DNA of 63,982 bases, filler included, from Rhabdomonas costata (taxonomy: Eukaryota), in the NCBI GenBank assembly GCA_019059605.1. It is 9 parts of 9 records of this genome, joined end to end, with 100 filler letters (N's around TTAATTAATTAA, not from the genome) between each part and the next. Parts side by side here need not be neighbours in the genome. Positions count along the whole stretch, not along the records: positions 29,932 to 36,724 come from JAHMHO010000005.1; positions 36,825 to 44,473 come from JAHMHO010000006.1; positions 44,574 to 51,834 come from JAHMHO010000007.1; 6 more parts are not named here. One strand, written 5' to 3'. Position 1 is the stretch's first letter. Each line of letters starts with the position of its first letter. Both the position numbers and the translations under genes were made by a program. The notes below the pieces were generated by a model. That model was not told where the DNA came from. It saw nothing but the letters and a program-made list of their open reading frames with translations, and searched no databases. Below, one piece after another: positions 34,321 to 47,054 of the stretch.

Positions 34321-36595
34321 CTAGAAGTCCTCTTCGGAACTGAGGGGTGGAAGTACGAGCTGGGAGCGGTGCTGGCGCAGCAGCAGCACTCGAAGCAGGC
34401 GGGGCACCAGCCGGGAGGCTGCCAGACCGGTCAAAGGCCCTCTTGGGGTCACCATCTCAGAGAGTGCGGCCAGGGCGGCATCCTCCTCACCTTTGGTCCA
34501 AAGATGGTGCACGCATCTCCCGAAAAAGAAAGGCGTCAGATGGGTCCCGCCTCTCAGGGCGAGGGGATTCAAAGGAATGACAAACACCACCTCAACCGCC
34601 ACCCTCGTCGAAAACCGGGGAGCACACAAAACGCCAACCGGCACCCAAAAAACTAAGAAAGCACTCGCTCGGATGATTGCCACCGAGACCATAGAGTTTC
34701 CACCCTCACTTCGTACTAAATGTAATATGTTTGAACAAAACTTTGAGGTCCAAACTAGGGGAGAGTGCGAGCGTAAAAAAAAGCATCCGGAAAAACAGGG
34801 GATGTCCTACTGCTCGGTTCCCGGGTCTTCTATCTTTTTTGCACCCAAACGAGCGAGTTCCGTGGTGCGCTTCCCTCTCTGTCTCTCTCTATCTCTGAAA
34901 AGCAAGAGTGCGGGAGAGGGAGAGGGGAGAGAGAGTCATACCACGAGCGAACTGTCGCACCACTGTGCTCATACTGACAACCCACCGAAGTGGTTCTTCA
35001 GACTCATCCGAGTTGATCTCGTACATCCTAAGAACATCGCGAATATCCACGAAGGCAGTTCTGGCTGCAAAGAAAGGGAACGTGCTGGCCTCTCCGAAGA
35101 AGACAAGTTCCCCATGCTCTCCATATCGATAAAGCCACGAACGTATGAGTTGCATGGCTCGGATCGACGCAGAAAAGCTAGTTCCCACGGGATTCCAAGC
35201 ATGATGCTAAAGAGTGGGCAGGAAATCCTAATTACCACTGGTACTGCCAGTAACAAAGTGAAGGAGCGGAAGAGCGCGTGCCGGATGAAACCAACGGTTT
35301 CACAGGACCACACAAAACCCATCTACAATGCACTCCTCATTCCAGTCTGCTCCACCAAAACGTACCACTCCCCAGAGGTTCCCCCGCCCTTCTCCGCGGC
35401 CAAGTAGTACAGCTCTGCGCTGTCCTCCAGACCGGTGCCCTCCACGGGGGGCACTATGTCCATCAAGTACCCCACCATTAAGGGCTCGACCTGGGCAAAT
35501 GTCCCCTGGTCGCACAGCAAGGGAAGCCCGAGGGCTTTCGCGTGCTTCGCCATGAAGAAAGCCAGGTTGACCTGAAAGACAGGAACCTCACACGGGAGAC
35601 CCGGAATCGCTCTGACGTGTCCCCAATACTGAAAGAGGATGAGAAACAAGAGAGATGGTGTGTGAGGGAGAGGCTGGGCAGGGGATGAGCTAATACACAT
35701 CCCAAGTGGCGAGAAGCGGTTGCAGAAACGAACAGGATGGGTGCATGAGTACCCAGACACTGAGCATCATGCACCAGTGCGTTTTGGATGTGCAAGGGCA
35801 TGAAACCGTTGATAAACGCAAAACGGCAACGAGGTGCGTTGCCTTGAGTTGCATCACCATAAGATCCCCACCAGGCTAGGAATCAACCAACCCTCTCTCC
35901 AGCACGTGATGCCAAAGGGAGGTTTAAATTTGACTGCTTTAGAAAGAAGGATGCATATACTGACTGAGAGTCAACCACCCCAGAATTGAGGAAACGTGGA
36001 CGGCGGGAGGGACTCAAGCGCATTGCGGCGCGCACCACATTGCCGAAGACTTGGAAGCTCCTCAGCTGGTCCGTGCCCACGTTGCCGCAGGTCGCCCTGC
36101 CACAGGCCACGGCGATGGTGGCACAGACGGTGTCCAGCACGGGCAACGCAGAGGCAATCTTCAGCGCTGCGCGGCAGGCCTTCACTTGGTGGCTGGCCTA
36201 TGACAGCAAATGGAGAGCACATAGAGAACGTGGTGGGCCATATTAACCGGTCAGACCAGTTTCTTCTCTCACACAACACGCCTTCGGTGGGTGGACGGCC
36301 TGAGAAGAATATCTGGTTTGGAGGCAAACACATAGCTCGAGAAAAGCACGATAGAGAAAGCCGTCAAGTTGCTCGAGGGCCATCAGTTCGGCAGCGCACC
36401 AGCCCCGCTCGGCGGGCGTAACTCAGGCTGGACGGCTTAAAGCGAACACAACAGTCTTGCAAACGAGCATGACCGTTCCGAAGTAAAAAAAGGCACGAAA
36501 AAGGGCAGCCAACCTGCCGCACAACGCAGTTCCAGCGGCACAGCACCTTGTCACCGATGCACTTGTCCACTACTCCTTGGAACTCCTTCACACTC
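34321..36595 (-). CDS. Class III adenylate/guanylate cyclase domain, 3' exons
   Basis: Exons encode SVKEFQGVVDKCIGDKVLCRWN, ACRAALKI, CGNVGTDQLRSFQVFGNV|VNLAFFM, PLLCDQGTF and a last exon ending SSEEDF*. Junctions near 35000-35370 are unresolved. Confidence 0.8.
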
Positions 36596-37942
36596 TGAGG
36601 GCGGAAGTGGAAACCAAACGGAAGAGAGTAAGAATGACCCAAGAATAAATGCACACAGTTCGACCAAGCCTGACCCGCAGATGTGACAAAAAGCAACAGG
36701 CACTGGTGTTGAAGCGGGGGGGGGNNNNNNNNNNNNNNNNNNNNNNNNNNNNNNNNNNNNNNNNNNNNTTAATTAATTAANNNNNNNNNNNNNNNNNNNN
36801 NNNNNNNNNNNNNNNNNNNNNNNNGTGTTGGTGTGTTTGGGGTTGTTGTGAGTGTGCATCTGGTTTGTTGCATTGAAGCTGGGTCGTGGGATTTAGGGTG
36901 GTAGGAATGGCGCATTGCTGTACGGATTGTTAGTACTTGTTTAGTATGCGGTGGTTGGTGTGAGTGCGAGTGAGTCTGTGAGTCGGCCATCTGGTTTGGG
37001 TGCTTGTGCGTTATCAGTGCTTGGCTCGTTGTTGGACTCTTGTCAAAGCCAGCGTTCTCATGTTCCTGGCTCACATGACGCATGGGAAAATCTGCGGCGG
37101 CGACATTTGTCGATCAGCCCATGAATCACAGCGATTCTTTTATTTGTGTTTGCCATCCCTTAAATGTATGTTTATGCTTGGCTGCATGGAGCTTTCTTTT
37201 TGTTGATAATAGTATTCGTTTGTGTATGATCAGTGCGGGTTAAAATATCATGATTTCCTCACTTGCTCGCGAGATGCCCTTCAACAAAAGGTTGTGGCCC
37301 CGCCAAGAGCTGTACTTGGAAGGTGACTTTGTCATCCACACTCACTCCCCTGCTGCTCTGGAGAGTCTGCCTGCGATGATGGAGCTGAGGCGCACCCGCT
37401 GCCGGGGAAAGCTGCCATGAGTGGGCGACCTTCCAAACTGGCCATCTCGCCCCTTCGTCCTTTGCCTGTGTGAGCCCATTGGTTGAGGGGTCACATCTAT
37501 TCCACAAGTACTTGTTTACTTAGAGCAAGGGCGCATCGTGTGTATCTTCCTTTTGAAGTGGATGCAGTGGTCACAGGAGCATTTTGCACCAGTGATTTTG
37601 CAGCAAACCAGCTGACGGTTCAGACTGACCGACCGAGCGAGCTGGAAAGCGACGCGCTCTTCATGGAATTCAACTGAAATGATGCAATGTGTGGAAAGCA
37701 GGTGAGAGCTCAGGTGTTTTTTTTCACGTTGCAAGTTGTTCTGTTTGGGACACCATTCGCAATTGCTGCGATTTACCAATCCCGCTGTTTTTTCGCCGTT
37801 GATATTCATTTCTCCAACATCCCTCTCTCCCCTGCCCTCTCTTGTCCAGTGATCTGTTGGCAAACTTTCCCTTCTTCTGATACTGTTGCAGTGACTAAAT
37901 TCCCTCTATTTGAGTGACCGAGGCCGTTTGCGTGGCTTTTCA

Positions 37943-39650
37943 ATGGCCTCTCCGTCCCCTGCATTGGGGGCGAGCCTCCCGAGCTCCAGTGCTGATGCTC
38001 GGTCGCCCTACCCGCCCCCGCCCGTCATTTTCGAGCCCTCGAAGGATGGTGTGGGGGGGTACGTCCCGAGGACAAACTTTGCGGACTTCCCGGAGAGTGA
38101 AATGTCCCCAGAGGAGCATGAGCTGCTGCACGCATGGCGCACTGCAGTGATCCCCAGACCCTTCTTCATGGGAATTGGGTCGCTGATTTGCCTGGCTTTC
38201 TTTCGGATGGGTCGACAGAGGTGCCCCTCGCCTCTGCGTATGTGTATGCGTGAGCAAGACTCCGACAAACCTCAGTGCCTCGTGCACGCAGGGTGTTCTC
38301 ATTTTGACTGTGTCTAATCTTGATGTGAATGCGTGTGCATCACTTCATGGATTTGTCGTTTTTATAAAATATTTTTTCTGGGGGGGGCTTCATCCCGTGC
38401 ACATCTGTGCACATCTTCCCATACTTCGGCTCAAAATCTCCATCCCACTTTCGAGCTGAAGCTGACTGTACCGGAGGAGTTGGCAGGGGGATTCTTAACT
38501 TAAGGACCGGCGAGTAGTTGAGTTTGCTGGGTAGTTGTAGTAGGTAGCTGTCCTTCTCTACAAAGTGCATAATCTATCATTGTCAAAGCAGCAGTTGGCA
38601 AAACTGGAGGTGGCGATAAGCTCGCCTTGACAATTATTGCTGCGGGATGTGACGTGGCTATGTGCCTGTGCTTCCGTGCCACTCGTATGCAGTCTGCATA
38701 AGGTTGGACTATCTGAAAGTGTGCGGTTGGGTTTTCCGATAACCAAACAGGTGGGCCTTCACGTTGCTCCCCCTGGGGCTCGGGCCGGATTTCCAAATCA
38801 GCTGGAGCAACTCGCAGCCGCAGCGTCAGCGCCTGCAGGAGTTCTACCTTGCGAAGAAGATTTACTATCTTCGCTCCGGTAAGACTATGCTGAGATCCAC
38901 GGTATATGTGGAAAACGACACAGGTGTAGTTGGCCGTGGCTGATTTTCTTGAGGGTACTATACTCCTGCCAAATCCTTTTCATCCTCAGGAAGTGGGACT
39001 GATGTTTTGCTGTGCAACTTGACGGGACGATTGAAGAAAAAGCGCGAGGGAGGAGAGGGGAGACGGAGAATTTCGAACTTGCCATCAGCTCGCGGGGGTT
39101 TGCGCCCCCGAAGAGAGCCCACCAACACTGAAAAACATGCGTCCTTTGTTAATCCCGACGATGTACACATCCTCCATTCGCTTTGCATCGCCCCTGCTTG
39201 GGTATTGTTCACTCTTTACTCTTTTTTCTTTGCTGGGGAGGGAGGAACACAACTCCCGATTACGATTTTAGGCACCCCAAACTGATGACTCTGACTCGCA
39301 ATTCTTTCCTGAAAAGACCGAAAGCCTTCCACGTTTTGTGTTTGTGGAGACGAGACGAAACGAGAGACCCTGGGTTGGGTCCCTTACTTTTCCTTCTCGC
39401 CATTCTGTGTGAACCTTTCACCTCTTCGCAGCTTCCTCTTTTTCTGTATTCCGTTTTTGTTGGTTGAGTGTAGACCCCTCCCCCCTCGCACGCGCTCCTG
39501 GTTCCTAGGTTGTCACACAACCAGTGGCATCCCCTACCCCCAACCGGGCCGCGAGCGCGATCTCCTTGATCATCTTGATCATCCTCGCATCTGGGGTGAC
39601 GAGGAAGGAAAGTTACAGGAGCGCCTCTCGCGTGGGAAGGGAGGGGCCAC
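37943..39650 (+). CDS. Hypothetical membrane protein immediately upstream of the Ariadne gene
   Basis: First exon MASPSPAL...FFMGIGSLICLAFFRMGRQR ends at a GTGCC donor (~38220). A phase-compatible exon starts at ~39474 (PLPPRTRSWFLG...IWGDEEGKLQERL). 3' end unclear. Confidence 0.35.
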
Positions 39651-39707
39651 AGGTGTTGGAGAGAGTATCTTTCCTCTGTTCCCGAGTTCACAATCGGGCG
39701 GAGAGAG

Positions 39708-42700
39708 ATGGAGCCGACGAGCTCCAACTGTGAGTCCTTCGAGGATGAGGAGATGGAGGAGTCCACCAGCGCTGGCCTGGAGGACGAGGCATGCCTCATC
39801 AAATTTTTCTGCTGAGCTCCTGTTGAGCTCTTTCCTAACGCGCCTCTCCCAATACCTCAAAAAGCCAGAGCAGGCACCCTTTGACACATGCAATCCTTTT
39901 GCCAGAAAAGAAACGACAAAACCCAAAATAAAAAGGATTCCACAAAGGTAAATAATACTGTCATCGTGGGTCAATGTTGGGACAAAATTTAGCACAATAC
40001 GCACATACCGTAAACCTATCTTAACATCGATTTTAGGGTGATAGGGGGATGAACTTGACAAAACATCTATTTTATGAGCAAATTTTGCCTGTTTTACCCG
40101 TCTTTTTTTCTCCCTGTTTTCGCTAATTTTGAGCATGGTATGGTCATCCTGGAGACTTCGCAAGCGAGCAAGGGAAGGTCATGGTGCAAGAAGGAATTTT
40201 CAGGGGGAGACCTATGCCTTCGGGTCATAAAGAGATTAGTTGCCGTTTTTTTATTATGGAGAGGATCCTTTTTGAATTGAGTCAAATGAATTGTCAAATG
40301 CATTTGCACACAGCTGCGTCGCACAAAATACTCCCCAAAACACTGCTTCTCCGCAGCAGCCAGCTCATCTCTCTATGATTCAATGGGGTGTGGTGGTGGG
40401 GTTCCAAGAAGTTCCTTGCCCTTGGACTGACTGTGGGATCGGATCCTTTTCTCTTGTGACCGCTCACTACCGTCCCATTGGATGTGGTCTTTCTGCTGAA
40501 TCAGCACTGAGCTTGCAGAGCGTTTCCTGGAACCGCTGTCCTTCTCCTTTGTGTCGCTTTCTGGTCTCGTTCTCAACAAAAGGTTGAGGAGCCCAAAAGC
40601 CTAATGGCAGGGGTGCAGGTCATGGACGAGCGCACGATTGTGGCAGAGATGCGCAGCCTGGCCGACCGAGCCAGCGCGCTCACCAACCTCACCACCTCCG
40701 CGGCGTGCAGGAATACTTTACGTTCCGCTCTCGTATACCCGTCACCCGCGAGCTTCTTTGGAAAGCGGAATTTTCGCAACGAGACAGTGCTTGGTTCTGC
40801 AAAGGTGGAGTGTGCTTGAGAGGTCGTCCCCCTTATTTTCCACTGCAGGGTACTGAAGTACTACGATTGGAACTACTCCAAGCTTGAGGAGAACTACTTC
40901 GATCACGCCGACGAGGTGCGGCACCAGCTGGGCATCCGCCTGGGCCAGGAGGTGCCCTTCCGGGAAGTGCCGGTATGCTCGTGAGCAAGGGAAGGAAGGC
41001 GGGCCAATCGCACTGTGCGCATCCATCGGTGTGTGATGAGTTTCCATGACACTGCCCGCCCACGCAGGGGGGCCACATAATTTGTTCATTCTTCGAAGAC
41101 CGGATGCGTACGCAGAGTGGATGCTTTTCTCGGGCGCAGGGCATGGATCAGGCATCGTTGTCCTCTCACAGCGCTCTGGTAGCCTAAACTTTTCTGGTCA
41201 ACTGGAAATCGGATGCATGCCCTGGCACGATCGGACCCCCACCGCTGCACTGTAGATGTGGCTTGATACCTGAAATGATGCCGATGCGCTGGCCGGGGTG
41301 GTTTCTGTTTTTTTTTCTTGCGCGAGTCAAGGACGGGCTGAAATCACGATACCGCCGGTGTAGACATAACGAGTCCTTCTTTTGTTATTTTGTATTCGGG
41401 AAGTCTAGAGCACTGTGTGTCTTCACTTCCATGGCGGCGTGGGCGGAGGACAGGGGGAGAGATCATGCTCGTTCCAAGGGAGGACAGTTTTCCTGCCGTC
41501 TTCTAAGGGTGGGTGCGTCCTTAGGCCGATGTATGGCATTGCTTCACACTTTCCTCACTTCCCTCACTTTATTCATGTGGCAGCCTCACTGACTTTCGTG
41601 GTCAACCTTGGGTATGCACAGTCTCAATGGACGAGTGTTCAGGGTGCGGGTGGTGGTGTTTTGCCCCAGCAGTCACCTTTAGTGGCATGCTTTTTTCAAA
41701 GTCCAAACCCCTTGTCAGTGCAAGGCCTCCAACATAGATCCGAATTTATTCACCAGAAGCACACAACTGCGTTTCAAGCGCAACTGCTCCCTTTCTCTTG
41801 TGCTGCTCTTCCTTCAGCTCACCGAGGGGAACCCGTTCATGTGCCCCATTTGTATCGAGAACTTTCCGAATGAAAAGGTTAGTGCGTGTGGTCGGACTCT
41901 GGGATTGTGGTGAAAAGTTCGGGCCATGTGTGCCATTGGATTGAGGTGGACTCTCTCTGGGGCGAAAACCACATGACCAGCATTTAGGTTTGAAGAATTT
42001 ATCAGACGCCCAGAGACTGGTGGGCTGGGCTGGGGTCGTTGAACCCTTTGATTTTTCAGCTTTCCTGTATTGCACGAGTGATTCATTTTTTGAATTTCTG
42101 GTTGGATTCTACTTTCGATTCTGCTTTTTCCGCGCTTTTTGGGTGGGGCTGCTCAGAGAACATCCGTTTGGGCGCTGGTTTCCTGCGGCCACGCGGTGTG
42201 TGCGGACTGCTGGACGGACACCCTCTCCGCTGCGGTGGCAATGGGTCGAACCTGTTCCAACCTCACCTGCCCAATGGTCGCTGCTTCCCCCCCCCCCCTC
42301 CATCAACTGCACCACGTATTGAGATTGAAGAGAGGGTTACTGGAGGGTTACTAGAGGCCTCGAGTCTAAAGTTGCACCCGTAGTTCGTTTGCCGTGTTGC
42401 CGTGTCTCGTTCCACCCTGCACTTGGTGTTGTATGGCCCCTTAACCCCTTCAGGGCAGCACAACGGGGAACTTGGGGGTCACTTCGTGCAAGACCTTCAT
42501 TGACGAGAAGATGTTTGAGAAGTTTCTCAGTCCTGAGCTCTTTAAGAAGTATCAGTACTACCTGATTCGTTCTTTCGTGGACACCAACCCTCACATTCGG
42601 TGGTATGGGTGTGCGTCTGCCGTGTGCGCTTGTACAGTTGGAGTGTGATGGCCGCGGGAACGTGTCAAGGGTACATCTCGAAAGTTGGTCGATGCATTGC

Positions 42701-43332
42701 TTTGCATAAAGATGTGGGCTTCTCGGGCCAAGGACATTTTGAGTTATTCAAAAATAAATGCAGGTGTGTCTGTGAAAGAAGAGATTGTGTATGTGTGTGT
42801 AACCAAAGTGTGTATGTGGATGACTGCAACCAAAGTGTGTTACTGGTTATAATCTGCTTGTATCCATGATTGGCCATAAATTCCCGCCCTGAACGGGTAA
42901 GCACCGCTTTGCCGAAAAGTGCTTGTGTTTGTGCATGCGTGACGAAAAAGAAGTAATATATCGAAATGGCACTTTAAGATGTGAGGAATCATAATGGAAT
43001 CATACACCATCGACGGATGTCGGCCAAATCTCCCCCCATGAAAATCTGTTCTTGCCAAGCGCACGAAAAAGGACTGCAGAAATTCGGCCCCTTTGGTGGC
43101 AACTAAGATTCAGTTCCAGCCTGTCTTCTTCGTAGAGATGCGAGGGCCCTGTTTCCTTCCCCTCCATATTTCTTGTGTGTATGTGTGTTGCCTCAGGTGC
43201 CCCTCTCCAGGGTGCGACCGGGCCATCCGCTGCACAGACACCTCACGCAAGATTGTGCCCTGCCTATGCGGGTTCAGCTGCTGCTTCAAGTGCAGCGATG
43301 AATCCCATGCCCCCGCATCCTGCGAGCAGATG
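39708..43332 (+). CDS. ARI1: Ariadne-family RBR E3 ubiquitin ligase, 5' exons (acidic N-terminus, UBA-like, RING1, IBR)
   Basis: Exons in phase: MEPTSSNCESFEDEEM.. (GC donor after 39788), VMDERTIVAEM.., VLKYYDWNYSKLEENYF, CPICIE, CGHAVCADCW..TCPM, KKYQYYLIRSFVDTNPHIRW|CPSPGC..CLCGFSCCFKCSDESHAPASC. RING2 is beyond the contig end. Confidence 0.92.
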
Positions 43333-44573
43333 GTGTGTGTATGTGTTCTTCCATCCGTGGTTAGAAGCAGATTGTGCCAGAGTCCCAGGCAGAAGGGGGA
43401 ATGAGTGAAATACCGCTGGCAAGTGGAAAAAGGCACGCCGCATATTTGGGGTCCGTCAGGCATGATGATGATGTATTTTATTTCGTGCCGTTTGGTACTT
43501 ACACGGCGTCATTTCGGTTTCCCTCCTTGACATCACTGCGGACATATCGGGTGCATCACATGCGCTGCCTCTGCTTCGGGTTTTGGTCTTCACCCAGCCT
43601 TCTGTTTTAGTTTGTGTACTTTGATTTAAGAATTGACAGTCTAAAGCAGCGTGTTGTGGCTGGTTGCTGCCATATTCGCTGTAGCTGGAGTTGCACTACC
43701 CCACCGGGACACCTACTTTCCATCACTACTGATTTTCTAACGTTTGTGTAATTACAAATCCCCAAAACGCTGAGGTGATATAGAGTCTTTCTGCGATGAG
43801 AAAGTTGCATGTGAGCTGGTGGTGCGCTGCGGACGCAGATTTGTAAACTTCAAAGCCAAATTAGAAAGGCAAATAATTAATGATTCTAACATTAACTCCT
43901 ATTTTTGTGCAAACAATGCACAAATGTAAATACAATACTGACAGACGAGGAAACTTGTTTTCGCATTTGTACTCAAACAATGGCTAATGTATCAGTTTAA
44001 TTCGTTTGAAAGCACAATCGGGCACAATGGCAATAATTTTGTTGCTTACTAATTAGTGAGAAAACACTCTTGCGCTTCTGCAATACTTGGAAATAATATT
44101 TTTTTTGCATTATTTTACTTACAACTGAGCTCTTGGAGGCTGATGCATATGCATCGACTTTTTGGTGCATTCCTGGTTGAATTATCACACTGTTCAAATT
44201 TGCGGCGCCACAGCCGCTGGAGTTGTGCGTGTGATTTACGTGGAATCAAATTTGTTGAGTGAGAAATTTCAAAAGGTTGTCTAATTTGTTGGTTGAGTAG
44301 AGCACTAATGTAATGTGGTCCAAGTAAAAACAGGTTGTAATAATTCTAATTCCATAAATGACGGCACTTACTGCTGGTCAGTCACACTGCGGATATCAGG
44401 AATGCAACTCAGGCAATTGACCTGTAGATGGTCGTTTTAGTTAACACAATAAAGAGTCGTACCACACACCCCANNNNNNNNNNNNNNNNNNNNNNNNNNN
44501 NNNNNNNNNNNNNNNNNTTAATTAATTAANNNNNNNNNNNNNNNNNNNNNNNNNNNNNNNNNNNNNNNNNNNN

Positions 44574-45930
44574 GTATGCCCTCGATGGCGGCGTGGACTG
44601 GGGAACCATGAAGGACCTTGGTCGGCACGCCAAATACCTTAATGAAGCACAGTGAGTTCTCCACCACCCTCTGCACCCGCTCTTCTTGCTGCAATTAATG
44701 GGTGTGCTGGGCAAGGGTGCTCTCCCCCTTTAGCTCTACACTGGCGACAACAAAAGTAGAATCGTTGCTGGCACACCAGCGTGCAGGTGGGCGGACGCTG
44801 CCAGTCCTCAGTTCTTTCTCTTATCAAAGCCCAAGCCCGATGCCAGTGCAAAAACAAAACGTCCACCCAAGCCTGTGTAAATGTGTCAAGGCAGGAAGGG
44901 CCCAAAAACACCCCAAAACTCAAGGCACTTAAATGGCCTCTAGCGTGGCTCTAATACGAAGCCATTCCGGTCCACTCCGGTGCCAGCGTGATGGGCCCTA
45001 CCCTTAGGTATGCTAAGCAGGCCCGGCCGAAAGCTTGGGCTCAGCATGAAGGCCTGCTAAGGTCAAAAAGGACACTTCTAACCCTGTCTAAGCAGGAAGG
45101 GCCCAAAGGCCCAGTTCTGCTGTCAACGTTAGGTTCGGTCTGGCTAACGCGTGGCTCCCCACGCGGCTTCACAACCGCACACATTGGCGCCCGCATACAG
45201 CGTAATTCAAGTGAGCAGGAGAGAGGGAGAACCCTAACGCAACAGAGAGGGAACAACCTGACCGTCTTGCCGGAGCTTCCAACCAGTACCACGTCCCACT
45301 TAAGCCCAGCCTCGCCCTGAAGCTGCTCCCCATCCGGTTGTTGGTGAGGATACGCAACAGTCGACTTCCACACTTCGAGCGCAGCCGCTGCGAGTTTACA
45401 TGGGCTCCAGCTCCTGCTTCACGGCTTTCTTCAAATCGTACACGTCTTGCGGACATGGATGCGTGTCGTAAGGAGCTCCCTCTCCTGAGGGGCCCGAACG
45501 ACAACCCACACCGAGGGCTCCGCCAAAGAAGCAGCCTTCGCCGGTCCAGGTATGTGACCAAAAACAATGGTTCGAAAGGGCAGGATGTAAGGTCTGGGAA
45601 ATAGAAAAAAAAATGGCAGCAAAGGATCTGTACAAAAGTGAAGAAAAGGTGCAACCTTCCCTCCACCCCCACACACACTATGGTCACAATGGTCGGATTT
45701 ACTTCTGGCGGTCACAAAATGCAGCGGACTCCAATGCCAGCACAAAGCACTCTACCCTTGGGTACGCTGAGCAGGCCGAACCATTGGCTCCGTTTGAAAG
45801 GCTGCAAAAGGCCCCCTGAGAAGTGGTGTCCTAGAGTGGCCGCTAGATGGAAAAACAGGGGAACACGACAGAGGTCTTCAGCACATGGGACATGGGACAA
45901 TTTTTGGAGGAGACGGTGCTAAAATGCTTC
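44574..45930 (+). mobile_element. Highly degenerate LINE-like remnant (RT and RNase H motifs)
   Basis: Ordered but frameshifted motifs: LDGGVDWGTM (cf. FD.V.W), NGCAGQGCSPPL (cf. G..QGCPLSP), WADA (cf. YADD), then AEQAEPLA (cf. RAEL.A) and SAHGTW (cf. V.AH). Confidence 0.3.
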
Positions 45931-47054
45931 CGGGGGGGGGGGTGATAGGATAATAATAATAACAATACAATAGATTTAACGACGTGTTTCAAAATGGACG
46001 GGAAAATGGGGATCGGTTGGGTGGTGCGCTCGCCACAGCGTTTTGCTTCGGGGTGCACTTCGCACACATTTGCGTCTTTTGTGCCGAGGGAAATTGCGAC
46101 AATGCGTTTCGTGTCGGACGCAATCAAAAAAATCAATCAAAATCGGACGCAATAAAAAAAGGCCAGATTTACGGTCGCAAAGCGACAACATAATCGCACG
46201 GATTCGAGAAAAAAGCCAGGGTGGGACGGGGGTTTGGAAGATCGCGGGTGGGAGCAATATGCCCGCCGAAAAACCGGCTCAGAACTCCCGTCAGTGGAAG
46301 GTGGGCATGTTTTTGGGTCTTTTAATTGCAAAAAGATATTACAAACACATGTCATATATACTTTAATTTTAACTAAAATAAACTGTTCGTAGCCTCATGA
46401 TTAAACAACAGAAAAGTGGTGAGCTTCGTGCAGCCTTCACGGCAAGTTCATCAAACAAGATTCTAAACACAATAACTGGAGCACACACATTTCAGACCTA
46501 TCATCTAGCATCCCAAAAAAAGCGAGGATGTGTGTTTTTCGAAGCACAACAGTTGGCACCCAACACCAGTTCAAAACGCAAACAGCCGTGGTAAGTAGAA
46601 ATCGCATATAGAGAGCAGTGTGTGAGATTGAGAGAGAGTAGCGAATTCTCACACCAAAGCTCCCGATGCAGTGGTTCGTATGTTGTGGGTACTTGAATTG
46701 GGCAATCGCTTGAATCAAAAACAAGCGCGAGCGATGCACGCAATGAAAAAGAGAGATTCCACTCCATTCCTCCCCATTGTTTTACTGCGCGTCTGGGGTC
46801 GTATTGCAAGGATACCAATGCATTGGCACGGCCTTACCCACAGACTTGCCCCGGGCCCACAGCAGAACCCCCACAACCGCCACCACGCTCATGGAGACGA
46901 TCACCAAAACAATGAAGACGAGAAGTGCGAGCATCGCTGGTGTTAAGCTGACATTCCTGAGGAGAGAAACAGAGAAAGGCCATTAATGACATGCCATCGA
47001 TGCCATCTGTGCCCATCTAAAAGGGAGAACAACCGACTCTTCTTTTCCACTTCT

